The notes beneath the pieces were generated by a model. It ran no database searches and was not told where the DNA came from. It saw nothing but the letters and a program-made list of their open reading frames with translations. A DNA stretch of 64,000 nucleotides from an uncultured Dysosmobacter sp. (GTDB lineage: Bacteria; Bacillota; Clostridia; Oscillospirales; Oscillospiraceae): the NCBI RefSeq assembly GCF_947631165.1, contig NZ_CANRKH010000001.1, forward strand, positions 146,395-210,394, read 5' to 3'. Below, in pieces: positions 8,178 through 18,954 of this stretch. The position numbers and the translations under genes were made by a program. Each line of letters begins with the position of its first letter. The stretch's first letter is position 1.

Positions 8178-9107
8178 CGTCGGCCACCCCCAAATATGCG
8201 TCAATGACACGCTGATTGTTTTGGATCTCCGCCGGGGTCCCCTGGGCGATCAGCTTGCCGAAGTCCAGGACGTAGATGCGGTCGGAGATGTCCATGACCA
8301 GATCCATGTGGTGCTCGATGAGGAACACGGTGAGATCGAATTGGTCCCGGATCTGGCCGATGAAAGCGGTCAGCTCGTCGGTCTCCTGGGGGTTCATGCC
8401 CGCCGCCGGCTCGTCCAGCAGCAGCAGCTTCGGCTCCGCCGCCAAGGCCCGGGCGATCTCCAGCCGCCGCTGCTTGCCGTAGGGCAGGCTGGTGGCCAGC
8501 TCGTCCTTCACGTCGTCCAGCTCCACGATCTCCAGCAGGCGCGCGACCTCCTCCCGCTGGGCCGCCTCCTCCTTCCGGTTCATGCGGAAGGTCGCCGAGA
8601 ACACATTGCTGGTGGTGCGGCAGTGCTTGGCGATCAGCACGTTGTCGAACACCGTCTGGGACTTCCACAGGCGGATGTTCTGGAAGGTGCGGGCCATGCC
8701 CAGCTTAGTGATCTTGTCCGGGGTCGGGGCCAGCACATGGCTGGTGAACACATTAGGATCCCGCTCCTTTTCTGCCTCACGGCGCTTGGCCAGGGCCTCG
8801 TCACCCTCTCCCGGCAGCCTCTCCAGCTTGTATTTGCCGGTGTACAGCTCCGGATGCTCCCCCTTGTAGATCTTCTTCATTTTGCCCTGCGGGTGGTTGC
8901 GGACGATGGTTTTTCCCAAAAAGGATACACGGCCATTTGTGGGTTGATACACGCCGGTTACCACATTGAATGCGGTGGTCTTGCCAGCGCCGTTGGGGCC
9001 GATGAGGGCCACGATCTCGCCCTTGTTGATCTCCAGGTTCAAATTGTCCACAGCCACCACGCCGCCGAACTGCATGGTGACGTTTTCGATTTTCAGCATA
9101 TTCTCAC

Positions 9108-9111
<4 letters not shown>
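8170..9111 (-). CDS. livG: Branched-chain amino acid ABC transporter ATP-binding protein with an internal ~55-aa insertion
   Basis: GPNGAGKTT, ARTFQNIRL and LLLLDEPAAGM motifs. 313 aa, against ~255 aa as I recall for LivG. Confidence 0.85.
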
Positions 9112-10231
<1,120 letters not shown>

Positions 10232-10235
<4 letters not shown>

Positions 10236-11119
10236 ACCTTCTCCTCCAGCTTCTCTCCAAAGAGGCCGGTGGGCTTCAGGCACAGCACCAGGATCAGCAG
10301 CGCGAAGGTGAAGGCGTCGCTGAAGGTAGAATAGCCAAGGGCCCGGATGATGTTCTCGCAAATGCCGATGATGAAGCCGCCCACCACAGCGCCGGGGATG
10401 GAGCCGATGCCGCCGAACACGGCGGCCACGAAGGCTTTCAGGCCCGGCATGGTGCCCACGGTGGGGCTGACTGTGGAATAATTGCTGAAAAACAGGAAGG
10501 ATCCCACCGCCGCCAGGAACGAACCGATGACGAAGGTCATGGAAATGACGCCGTTGATCTTCACGCCCATGAGCCGTGCCGTCTCAAAATCCCGGGAAGC
10601 GGCCCGCATGGCAAGGCCGATCTTCGTCCGCTTGATCAGCAGCAGCAAGATCAGGATCAGCACCACCGTCAAAATCGGTGTGATGACGGTGACCCGCTTG
10701 GTCTCCTGGCCCAGGATCACCACCTTGTCGCTGATCCAGGGAATGACAGGATACTGCTGCGGCTGGCCGCCGGTGATATACCACATCAGATTCTGCAGCA
10801 GATAGCTGACGCCGATGGCGGAGATCATCACGGACATCCGGGGGGCAGAGCGCAGAGGCTTATAGGCCAGGCGCTCCACTGTGAAGCCCAGCAGCACTGT
10901 TACAAAGATGGTAAAGGGAATCGCCAGATACACCGGCATAACGGTAATGGCGTAAAACATCACGAAGCCCGCCACGGTAAAAATGTCACCGTGGGCGAAG
11001 TTGATCAGACGCAGAATGCCATAGACCATGGTGTAGCCCAGGGCGATCAGCGCGTACTGCCCGCCTGCGGAAATACCCGCCAGCAGCGTCGGCAGCATGG
11101 TTTGGGTAAATGTTTGCAT
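10232..11119 (-). CDS. livH: Branched-chain amino acid ABC transporter permease
   Basis: 295-aa membrane protein with INFAHGD, typical of LivH. Confidence 0.85.
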
Positions 11120-11213
11120 ACTTCTCTCCTTCCTTTTAGAACGCGCGCCGGTTTTCCACCGGGCGGGGGCGCGCGCCGCCCCCTGGAAAGCCGGCGGCCT
11201 TATAGCCGCATGA

Positions 11214-11242
11214 GGCAGCGGAGGGAGTTTCCCTCCGCTGCC
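11214..11242 (-). promoter_or_regulatory. Intercistronic stem-loop between the binding-protein and permease genes
   Basis: GGCAGCGGAGGG/CCCTCCGCTGCC, a perfect 12-bp stem. This is the usual position for differential mRNA stability in ABC operons. Confidence 0.6.
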
Positions 11243-11267
11243 TGCAAAAGGCTGTTTTTCAGCCGGA

Positions 11268-12467
11268 TCAGCCGTTCAGGCCCTGCTCCTTCACAGAGTA
11301 GAACTCGCCCTTGTCTGTATCCACGCCCTTGATGAAGATGATGTTCTTATCCACATCGCCCTCTTCATCAAACTTCACGTCGCCGGTAACGCCGGTATAG
11401 GTCACGCTGGCCAGCGCGTCCTTGATGGTGGCGGAATCCGTGCTGTCGGCGGCCTTGATGGCCTCGATGGCCACCATGTAAGCGTCATAGCCCAAAGCGG
11501 AGACGGCGGAAACCGTATCCGTGCCGCCGTTGTTGGACAGCTTGTCGCTGTTGGCGTTCAGCCAGCTCTGGAAACCGCTCATAAAGTCCGCGGCGGCCTG
11601 GGAAGCGCCTTCATCATAGAAGGTGGAGAAATACACGTCGGCACCGGACTTGCTGGCGGCCTGGAGGATAACGGCGTCATCCCAGGTGTCGCCGGCGATC
11701 AGAGGAATACCAGCAGAGGCAGCCTGATCGATCAGCAGAGAGGCCACGGTGGTAGAGGTGGGCGCGAAAATCACGTCGGCGCCGGCGTTCTTGGCGGCGT
11801 TGACGAAGCCGGACATATCGGTATTGCCGGCGGGGTTCTTATCGGCTACCACCTGAATGCCCAGGCGGCCGCACTCCTGGCTGAAATACTCGCCCAGGCC
11901 CTCGGAGTAGTCGTCGCCCAGTTCGGTGAACACATAGGCCACCTTGGCGTCAAACTCGTCCTTGGCCAGGTTGGCCAGCACACTGCCCTGGAAGGGATCC
12001 AGATAGCAGACACGGAAGTAGTAGGGGTTGCCCAGGGTCACGCCGGGGTTGGTGCAGGAGCAGCCGATGGCGGGAATGCTGGCCTCTTCAAACACGGGAG
12101 CCGCCGCCATGGACACACCGGAGCCGTAAGAGCCAAGCACCACGGCCACGCCGGCGCTCACCAGCTGCTGCGCGGCGGAAACGCCCTTGTCGTTCTCGGA
12201 CTGGTTGTCCACGGGCACGACCTCTACCTGGTACTCCTCGCCGCCGATGGTGACGGTAGGCGTCACGGAGTTGGCGTACTCAATGCCCAGAACTTCCTTC
12301 TTGCCGCCGGCGCCGTTGGCGCCGGAAGAGGGCTCATAGATTCCGATCTTAATGACCTTGGCGCCGTCATCGGAGACTTCGGAACCGCTGTCGCCGCCGC
12401 AGGCCGCCAGGCTCAGGGTCATGACCAGCGCCAGCAAAAGTGCAAAGAGCTTTTTCATTCTTTTCAT
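11268..12467 (-). CDS. Liv-type (HAAT family) substrate-binding lipoprotein
   Basis: 399 aa. Signal peptide with lipobox LSLAAC. First gene of the liv operon. Confidence 0.85.
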   Translation of the reverse strand: MKRMKKLFALLLALVMTLSLAACGGDSGSEVSDDGAKVIKIGIYEPSSGANGAGGKKEVLGIEYANSVTPTVTIGGEEYQVEVVPVDNQSENDKGVSAAQQLVSAGVAVVLGSYGSGVSMAAAPVFEEASIPAIGCSCTNPGVTLGNPYYFRVCYLDPFQGSVLANLAKDEFDAKVAYVFTELGDDYSEGLGEYFSQECGRLGIQVVADKNPAGNTDMSGFVNAAKNAGADVIFAPTSTTVASLLIDQAASAGIPLIAGDTWDDAVILQAASKSGADVYFSTFYDEGASQAAADFMSGFQSWLNANSDKLSNNGGTDTVSAVSALGYDAYMVAIEAIKAADSTDSATIKDALASVTYTGVTGDVKFDEEGDVDKNIIFIKGVDTDKGEFYSVKEQGLNG

Positions 12468-12765
12468 CCTCCATTTCAGTGGAAACAGCCTTCTGTCTCC
12501 CAGATGAAAGCTATTTTATGGGTTCCTGTCCGTCTTTGCAAGATGAATAATATACAGAAAGATTTCCCCCTTTCCGCAGTTTTCAAAACTTTTTCCACTG
12601 CTTTTTTCGTTTTTGTCCTTTTCTCATGGACATTTCAAAACTGGCTCTCCATTTTTGTAAAACATTTGTCCTCGAATCAGAGACATTTTATTTGGTCATT
12701 TTGCCGAAATCCTTTGTGAAATTTTGTAGCCGTTCTGGCGGTATCGCCCGCAAAAAGCCAAATAA

Positions 12766-12787
12766 GGGGCTGCCTGCCGGCAGCCCC
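12766..12787 (-). terminator. ftsH terminator
   Basis: GGGGCTGCC-tgcc-GGCAGCCCC, followed on the minus strand by a T-rich tract. Confidence 0.7.
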
Positions 12788-12811
12788 TCTTGCTGATCTC
12801 AGTGCGATATG

Positions 12812-14680
12812 TCAATTTCCGGCTCCCGTGGCAGGCTCCGCCGCACCGTCCACCAGCCGCAGGAACTCCTCTCGCTCCAAGGTCTCATGCTCCAGCAGAT
12901 ACCGGGCCACGGTGTCCAGCGTTTCCCGCCGCTCCCGCAGAATGGTCTCGCACCGCTGATAGGCAGCGCCTACCACAGTCTTGATCTCCTCGTCGATCTG
13001 GGCGGCCACGGCCTCGGAATAGCTGCGGCCCTGGCTCATGGTGCGGCCAATGAACACCTCGTCATGGCCGGAATCAAAGGCCACAGTCCCCATGCTCTCA
13101 CTCATGCCATAGCAGGCCACCATCTTCCTGGCGATGGCGGTGGCTCGCTGGATATCATTGCTGGCACCGGTGGAAATATCCCCCAGGCACAGCTTTTCGG
13201 CGACCCGACCGCCCAACAGGGCGACGATCTGATCCTCCATATACCGCTTGGAGAGGTAGGAGCGGTCCTCCTCCGGCAGGGAGATGGTCATGCCGCCCGC
13301 CTGCCCCCGGGGCACGATGGTGATGCGGCTCACAGGATCCTGGTCCGGCAGCGCATGCATCACCACGGCGTGGCCCGCCTCGTGCCAGGCCGTCAGCTCC
13401 CGCTCGTGCTGGGGGATGACCCGGCTCCGCTTCTCTGGGCCGGCAATAACCTTGATCTCCGCCTCCCGTAGATCTGCCATGGTGATCATGGGGCGGTCCT
13501 GGCGGCCCGCCAGCAGCGCGCCCTCGTTGATAAGGTTCTCCAGATCTGCGCCGGTAAAACCAGCCGTGCCCTGGGCCAGCTTTCTTAGATCCACGTCCTC
13601 CGCCAGCGGCTTGCCCTTGGCGTGTACCTTCAGGATCTCCTCCCGGCCTTTGATGTCCGGCAGGCCCACGTAGATCTGCCGGTCAAAGCGGCCAGGCCGC
13701 AGCAAGGCTGGGTCCAGTACATCCGCCCGGTTGGTGGCTGCCAGCACCACCACGCCCTCGTTGGCGGCGAAGCCGTCCATCTCCACCAAAAGCTGGTTCA
13801 GCGTCTGCTCCCGCTCGTCATGGCCGCCGCCCAGGCCCGTGCCGCGCTGGCGGCCCACCGCGTCGATCTCATCGATAAAGACGATGGCGGGGGCGGTCCG
13901 CTTGGCCTGGTCGAACAGATCCCGGACCCGGCTGGCGCCCACGCCCACATACAGCTCCACGAAGTCGGAACCGGAGATGGACAGAAATCCCACGCCCGCC
14001 TCCCCGGCCACAGCCTTGGCAAGCAGGGTCTTGCCGGTGCCCGGAGGGCCCACCAGCAGCACGCCCTTGGGGATACGCGCCCCCAGGGCGATATACTTCT
14101 TGGGATCCTTCAAAAACTCCACGATCTCTCGAAGTTCTTCCTTTTCCTCATCGGCGCCGGCCACATCGTCAAAGGTCACCTTTTTGTCCTGCTCATTCAG
14201 GGTTCGGGTCCGGGCGGCACCGAACTTTGCCATGCGGTCCGCTCCCATACCGCCGCCCTGCGCACGAACGACGAAAACATAAAACATGACGCCCATGACC
14301 AGCAATGTCAGCACCCAGGGAAGGATGATCTCCAGCCAGTTGGTGGAGGCAGGCTCCGGGTAATCGTAGGACTTCAAAATGCCCTTGGCGTACTGGTCCT
14401 GGACCAGGTCGTTCAGATCGTCGTAAAACAGCTGAAAATCATACAGCTTATACCGAACGGTGGCGGAGCCGTTCAATTCCTCCCGCAGAGTCATGGTCAG
14501 CCTGCTGCCGCTGTCGATGGTGAATGCCTCCACCTTCTCCTGCAAAAACAGCTGCCGGACCTGAGAGTATTCCAGCTGGGCGGACTGGTCGTTGGCCTGC
14601 CACAGCCAGCTCATGCACAGAAAAATGACCAGCGCCAGAAAGATAAAGCTGAAATTGGACATGCGATTCTGCTTCGTCAA
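12812..14680 (-). CDS. ftsH: ATP-dependent zinc metalloprotease FtsH
   Basis: GPPGTGKT Walker A, HEAGHA zinc site and an N-terminal TM segment. A TTG at 14680 lies 6 nt after GGAGGG. An alternative ATG is at 14662. The ORF-track start at 14803 is an upstream extension. Confidence 0.92.
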   Translation of the reverse strand: MTKQNRMSNFSFIFLALVIFLCMSWLWQANDQSAQLEYSQVRQLFLQEKVEAFTIDSGSRLTMTLREELNGSATVRYKLYDFQLFYDDLNDLVQDQYAKGILKSYDYPEPASTNWLEIILPWVLTLLVMGVMFYVFVVRAQGGGMGADRMAKFGAARTRTLNEQDKKVTFDDVAGADEEKEELREIVEFLKDPKKYIALGARIPKGVLLVGPPGTGKTLLAKAVAGEAGVGFLSISGSDFVELYVGVGASRVRDLFDQAKRTAPAIVFIDEIDAVGRQRGTGLGGGHDEREQTLNQLLVEMDGFAANEGVVVLAATNRADVLDPALLRPGRFDRQIYVGLPDIKGREEILKVHAKGKPLAEDVDLRKLAQGTAGFTGADLENLINEGALLAGRQDRPMITMADLREAEIKVIAGPEKRSRVIPQHERELTAWHEAGHAVVMHALPDQDPVSRITIVPRGQAGGMTISLPEEDRSYLSKRYMEDQIVALLGGRVAEKLCLGDISTGASNDIQRATAIARKMVACYGMSESMGTVAFDSGHDEVFIGRTMSQGRSYSEAVAAQIDEEIKTVVGAAYQRCETILRERRETLDTVARYLLEHETLEREEFLRLVDGAAEPATGAGN

Positions 14681-14712
14681 ATAGGTCCCTCCTTTGGGAT
14701 ATCGCGATGGAT

Positions 14713-14796
14713 TTATTTCGCGTAGACTTCCGGCTTCAGCACGCCGATATAGGGTATATTGCGGTATTGCTGGCAGTAGTCCAGGCCATAGCCCAT
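14713..14796 (-). pseudogene. Orphan duplicate of the hpt 3' end (last ~26 codons plus stop)
   Basis: Encodes [26 protein letters not shown]; authentic hpt ends [26 protein letters not shown]. 14759-14795 is identical to 14992-15028 (37 nt). Confidence 0.8.
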
Positions 14797-14945
14797 TTCC
14801 CACCGGACACAGTCCGGCGGGAGCCCTTTTATCAGACTGGAACGGCCCGAAATAAATGCGGCCCGTTCCGAGGTTTCGCTCCGCGAAACGCTCGTGCGCC
14901 GTGACCGGCGCCCCGCTGTGCGGGGCCGTGGCGGGCTATGGCCCA

Positions 14946-15497
14946 TCAGCCGGAATAGACCTCCGGCTTTAAAACGCCGATATAAGGTACGTTGCGGTAT
15001 TGCTGGCAGTAGTCCAGGCCATAGCCCACCACGAACTCGTCCGGGACCACAAAGCCCGCCAGGTCAGCATTGATGGCTTTGGTGCGGCGGGAGGGCTTAT
15101 CCAGCAGCGTCACAATGGTGATGGAGGCCGCGCCCTTGGTGATAAAGTAATCCTTCAGAAAAGCCAACGTATTGCCGGAGTCCAGAATGTCCTCCACGAC
15201 GATCAGGTCCCGGCCGGTAATATCCTGCTGGATGTCATGGTTGATATGGACCCGGCCGGAGGAAACAGTGGCGTTTTCATAGGAGCTGACGGCAATAAAC
15301 TCCACGTCGCTCTTCAGCTGGCAGGCCCGCACCAGATCCGCCATAAATACGAAGGAACCCTTCAGCACACTGAGGAACAGCGGATTTTTCCCCTGGAACT
15401 TATCATACAGGGCGTCGCCCATCTCTGCAATGCGGGTTTTCAGCTCCTCTTCTGTCACCAGGACCTTCAGGATGTCGTTTTCCATCTCACTTCTCAT
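14946..15497 (-). CDS. hpt: Hypoxanthine phosphoribosyltransferase
   Basis: 183 aa from [12 protein letters not shown]-binding motif [14 protein letters not shown]. Conserved tilS-hpt-ftsH order. Confidence 0.9.
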   Translation of the reverse strand: MRSEMENDILKVLVTEEELKTRIAEMGDALYDKFQGKNPLFLSVLKGSFVFMADLVRACQLKSDVEFIAVSSYENATVSSGRVHINHDIQQDITGRDLIVVEDILDSGNTLAFLKDYFITKGAASITIVTLLDKPSRRTKAINADLAGFVVPDEFVVGYGLDYCQQYRNVPYIGVLKPEVYSG

Positions 15498-16842
15498 GGT
15501 CGTTCTCCTCTGTCTTTTTCTGGATTTGAATGAACCGGCAGGGTCCTCCCTCCGGCAGGAATTCCGTATCCACTCCCAGCCGCCACACGGCGGCCAGTCT
15601 TCCGTCTGCGTAAACAGCGGGCAGGCGGTCTCGCTCTTCCAGGCCAATGCCCTGGTCCAGGCACAGCCGCTTCACGCTCCGGCTCCCCCTGGCCCCCGGC
15701 AGGGTCAGCCGCGCACCCGGCGGGGCCGGGGCCACGGTCAGGCGGCCTCTCTCTTCCGGACTGGGCAGGCGCAGGGACAAGCCCTCCCCCTCCCGGCGGT
15801 CCAGCAGAGTCAGCCTATAGCCGCCCCAAGTCAAAGGCACTCCCCATTCCAGAGCCGCTATGCCGGGAAGGGCTTTCCACCGCGTCAGGAACAGCCGTCC
15901 CCGCTCCCGCCGGGCTGTCACGCCCCCAGGCAGGTCTATGGAACACTCGTTTTGCAGGGAAAAAATGGCATCGAGGTGGACGGCGCCGAAATCCTTGCGG
16001 CCAATCCCCAACTGGTCTAGCAGCAGCAACAACAGCCGGGGCCGAAGGGGCTGCGGCGCCAGCCGCAGATCCTCCCAGGGAAAGGACACCCAGCCAGGGC
16101 CGGTACCCAGCCCCACAAACGTCCGCCGGGCCTGTTCGTCCAGATAGTGGTCTGCCTCCCTTGCCCAGGCAGCGGCTCTGTTAATGTGCTCTGCCGTTTT
16201 GGGATTTAGTTCCCGCAGAAGCGGCATCACTTGAATCCGCAGGAAATTCCGGCTGGCGGCATCCGGGTCGGCGTTGGTCTCGTCCTCCATATGGGGGACG
16301 CTCCAGGCAGTTGCGTACTCCCGTAATTCTGCCCTGGTCACATCCAGCAGCGGACGGCAGAGAATTCCCCGCCGCCGCTCCATCCCGCCAAGGCCCTTCA
16401 GACCCGTTCCCCGGATGAGGTTCAGCAGCACCGTTTCAGCGTTATCATCGGCGTGGTGGGCAGTACAGACCAGGGAACAGCCCTCTGCCTCCGCCGCCTT
16501 GGTCAAAAAGGCGTAGCGCAGGGTCCGGGCAGCTTCCTCAACGGAAAGCCCTTCCTGCTTAGCAAAGTCCCGGACCTCCCCCCGTCCCACGGTCAGGGGA
16601 ATCCCCCACGTTTTGCAGGTCTCCCGAACGAAGGATTCATCCCTGTCCGCCGCCTCCCCCCGGAGGCAGTGGTTGAAATGGGCGGCTACCACCTGGCCCC
16701 CCCGCTCCGCGCACCAGGCGTTCAACATATGCAGAAGGCACATGGAGTCCAGTCCTCCAGAGACGGCACACAGCGCCCGCTCCCCAGATCCTGGCAGGCA
16801 GTACGCCGGGGCCTGTTCCAAAAGGTCAGTCCTCGTCATCAT
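15487..16842 (-). CDS. tilS: tRNA(Ile)-lysidine synthase
   Basis: PP-loop SGGLDS near the N-terminus. I take the start at MMTRTD, which overlaps the dnaB end by 17 nt. The ORF-track start at 17076 is an extension. Confidence 0.85.
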   Translation of the reverse strand: MMTRTDLLEQAPAYCLPGSGERALCAVSGGLDSMCLLHMLNAWCAERGGQVVAAHFNHCLRGEAADRDESFVRETCKTWGIPLTVGRGEVRDFAKQEGLSVEEAARTLRYAFLTKAAEAEGCSLVCTAHHADDNAETVLLNLIRGTGLKGLGGMERRRGILCRPLLDVTRAELREYATAWSVPHMEDETNADPDAASRNFLRIQVMPLLRELNPKTAEHINRAAAWAREADHYLDEQARRTFVGLGTGPGWVSFPWEDLRLAPQPLRPRLLLLLLDQLGIGRKDFGAVHLDAIFSLQNECSIDLPGGVTARRERGRLFLTRWKALPGIAALEWGVPLTWGGYRLTLLDRREGEGLSLRLPSPEERGRLTVAPAPPGARLTLPGARGSRSVKRLCLDQGIGLEERDRLPAVYADGRLAAVWRLGVDTEFLPEGGPCRFIQIQKKTEENDHEK

Positions 16843-18178
16843 ACCGTTTGTCCAATGTGGCGAATGTCGTGTATTCCGGCATCCAGCGCAGTTCCACCTT
16901 GCCGGTCTCGCCGTGGCGGTTTTTCGCCACGATGCACTCGGCGATGTTGTGCTTTTCCGAGTCTTCATTATAATAGTCATCCCGATACAGGAACAGCACG
17001 ATGTCTGCGTCCTGCTCGATGGCACCGGATTCCCGGAGGTCCGACAGCATGGGCCGCTTGTCATCCCGCTTCTCATTGGCGCGGGAGAGCTGGCTCAGGC
17101 AGATGACGGGAACATTCAATTCCTTGGCCATGATCTTCAGCATGCGGGACATATCGCTGACCACCTGCTGGCGGTTCTCATTGCCCCGGCTGCTGCCGCC
17201 GGCGGAGGACATCAGCTGCAGATAGTCGATGACCACCAGGCCCAGGTCATCCAGGCGGCGGCACTTGGCGTTCATATCCGCCACCGTCAGCATGGGGTTG
17301 TCGTCGATGCGGATGTCCAGTCTGGTCAGCACCGTGGCGGCTCCAGCGATCTTCTCCCAGTCGGTCTCCCGCAGATTGCCGGTCTTGAGCCGGTTGTTCT
17401 CCACCAGCGCCTCGGAGGACAGCAGGCGGGTCGCCAGCTGCTCCCGGGACATTTCCAGGGAAAACACCGCCACTGTCTTTTTGGTTCCCTTGGCCACGTT
17501 CAGGGCGATGTTCAGGGCAAAGGAGGTCTTGCCCATGCCGGGCCGGGCGGCCAGCAGGATCAGGTCCGACTTGTTCAATCCGGTGATCTTCTGGTCCACG
17601 GCGGAAAGGCCCGTGGACAGGCCCGGCAGATGGTTCTCGCTCTCGCTCATCTCACTGAGGCGGTCCAGCACATCCGGCAGCACCTGCCGCAGAGGCACCA
17701 TGGCCTGCGCCCCCTGGCCCCGGCGAATGGCATACACCTTCTGCTCGGCGGCCTCCAGGATCTCTCCGGCCTCTCCCATGCCCTCCTGCACCAGGGCGGT
17801 GATCTCTGCCGCCGCCTGGGCCACGCTCCGCAGCAGCGCCTTATCCCGCACGATGGCCACATATTCCATCACATTAGCGCTGGTGGGCGTGATCTCCATC
17901 AGCTGAGCCAGGTAGGATCGGGTCGTATCCGGATCGTAAACGCCGGTTTTCTGCATCTCCTCACAGACGGTGATGCCGTCAATGGGTTTGGCGTAGGAGA
18001 ACATGGTATAGATGGTCTCAAAGATCTCCCGGTTCTGCCGCAGATAGAAATCTTCCGGGCGCAGCTTATCCATCACGTCCTTGACGCAGCCCGCGTCGAT
18101 GAGCATGGAGCCAAGCACCGCCTGCTCGCCCTCCAGGGAGTGGGGCATCTGCCGCAGCAGCAAGTCCTCGTTGGCCAT
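16826..18178 (-). CDS. dnaB: Replicative DNA helicase
   Basis: 450 aa. Walker A ARPGMGKT, and the N-terminal motif P.SLEGEQAVLGSML. Confidence 0.93.
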   Translation of the reverse strand: MANEDLLLRQMPHSLEGEQAVLGSMLIDAGCVKDVMDKLRPEDFYLRQNREIFETIYTMFSYAKPIDGITVCEEMQKTGVYDPDTTRSYLAQLMEITPTSANVMEYVAIVRDKALLRSVAQAAAEITALVQEGMGEAGEILEAAEQKVYAIRRGQGAQAMVPLRQVLPDVLDRLSEMSESENHLPGLSTGLSAVDQKITGLNKSDLILLAARPGMGKTSFALNIALNVAKGTKKTVAVFSLEMSREQLATRLLSSEALVENNRLKTGNLRETDWEKIAGAATVLTRLDIRIDDNPMLTVADMNAKCRRLDDLGLVVIDYLQLMSSAGGSSRGNENRQQVVSDMSRMLKIMAKELNVPVICLSQLSRANEKRDDKRPMLSDLRESGAIEQDADIVLFLYRDDYYNEDSEKHNIAECIVAKNRHGETGKVELRWMPEYTTFATLDKRYDDED

Positions 18179-18256
18179 CTGTCGTTTACCTCCAAAGGAA
18201 ATTTCTCAGCCAGGCGCCCGCCGGCAGGCGGCGGGCCACGCACGTTTTTCCGGTCC

Positions 18257-18706
18257 TTACTTCTCCTCGAACACGGATACGTACACCGTGCCGGTGACCT
18301 CAAAGCCCAGCTTGGCCTTGACCTGATAGCTGCCAAAGGCCTTGATGGGGTCCTCCAGCACCAGCTTCTGCTTGGGGATGTCCACGCCGTACTGGGCCTT
18401 CAATCCGTCGCTGATCTCCTTGGTGGTCACAGCCCCGAACAGGCGGCCGCCTGCGCCGGCCTTGGCGGTGAGCTTCACCATGCACTCCTTCAGCTTTTCG
18501 GCGGTGGCCTCGGCCTCCGCCTTCTGGCGGGCTTCCTCAGCCTTCCGGGCCTTTTCCTTCAGGTTCATGGTGTTGATAGCGTCAGTCGTGGCGGCGATGG
18601 CCAGCTTCCGGGGCAGGAGGAAATTCCGGGCGTAGCCCTCGGAAACCTCCACCAGCTGGCCCTTCTTGCCCTGGCCCTTCACATCCTGCTGTAAAATCAC
18701 TTTCAT
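18257..18706 (-). CDS. rplI: 50S ribosomal protein L9
   Basis: 149 aa: [36 protein letters not shown]. Confidence 0.95.
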   Translation of the reverse strand: MKVILQQDVKGQGKKGQLVEVSEGYARNFLLPRKLAIAATTDAINTMNLKEKARKAEEARQKAEAEATAEKLKECMVKLTAKAGAGGRLFGAVTTKEISDGLKAQYGVDIPKQKLVLEDPIKAFGSYQVKAKLGFEVTGTVYVSVFEEK

Positions 18707-18954
18707 TTGTCATTCTCCTTATTTTCTGGATCTTCCAATTCTTTCAGCCGTTTTTCCAAGGCGTCCAGCCGCTCCTCCTGGCTCAGCCAGACGGAAATTA
18801 CAATTGCTGCTATAAAAAACGATCACCGCGCCGGTGCCTTAAGAGTGCCGGGAGAGGTCAAAAAGCAGTCCCCCGCCGAAAAAGAAGGCTGCTTCGATGA
18901 CCACCATGCACGCGAAAAATTTCCCAGGAACTTTTTCATGGGCATCTGTCTCAT
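18703..18954 (-). pseudogene. Decayed small membrane-protein gene filling the gdpP-rplI gap
   Basis: A slot of exactly 84 codons with ATGA overlaps at both ends. It has an in-frame TGA, and the central hydrophobic segments (MVVIEAAFFFGGGLLFDL, GTGAVIVF) read in another frame. Confidence 0.4.

Noticed and set aside
14803-17076. Long N-terminal extensions in the ORF track for ftsH (14803), hpt (15647), tilS (17076), livM (10361), gdpP (21071), rnj (22464), nagA (34438), the ABC ATPase (36024) and others.
   Set aside because: The extensions overlap upstream genes, lack an RBS and read as nonsense. Internal starts with SD sequences reproduce the canonical N-termini.
18703-18954. The in-frame TGA in the gdpP-rplI slot as selenocysteine or programmed read-through.
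   Set aside because: No SECIS-like hairpin follows the TGA. The sequence around it reads better in another frame, so decay or indel error is the simpler explanation.
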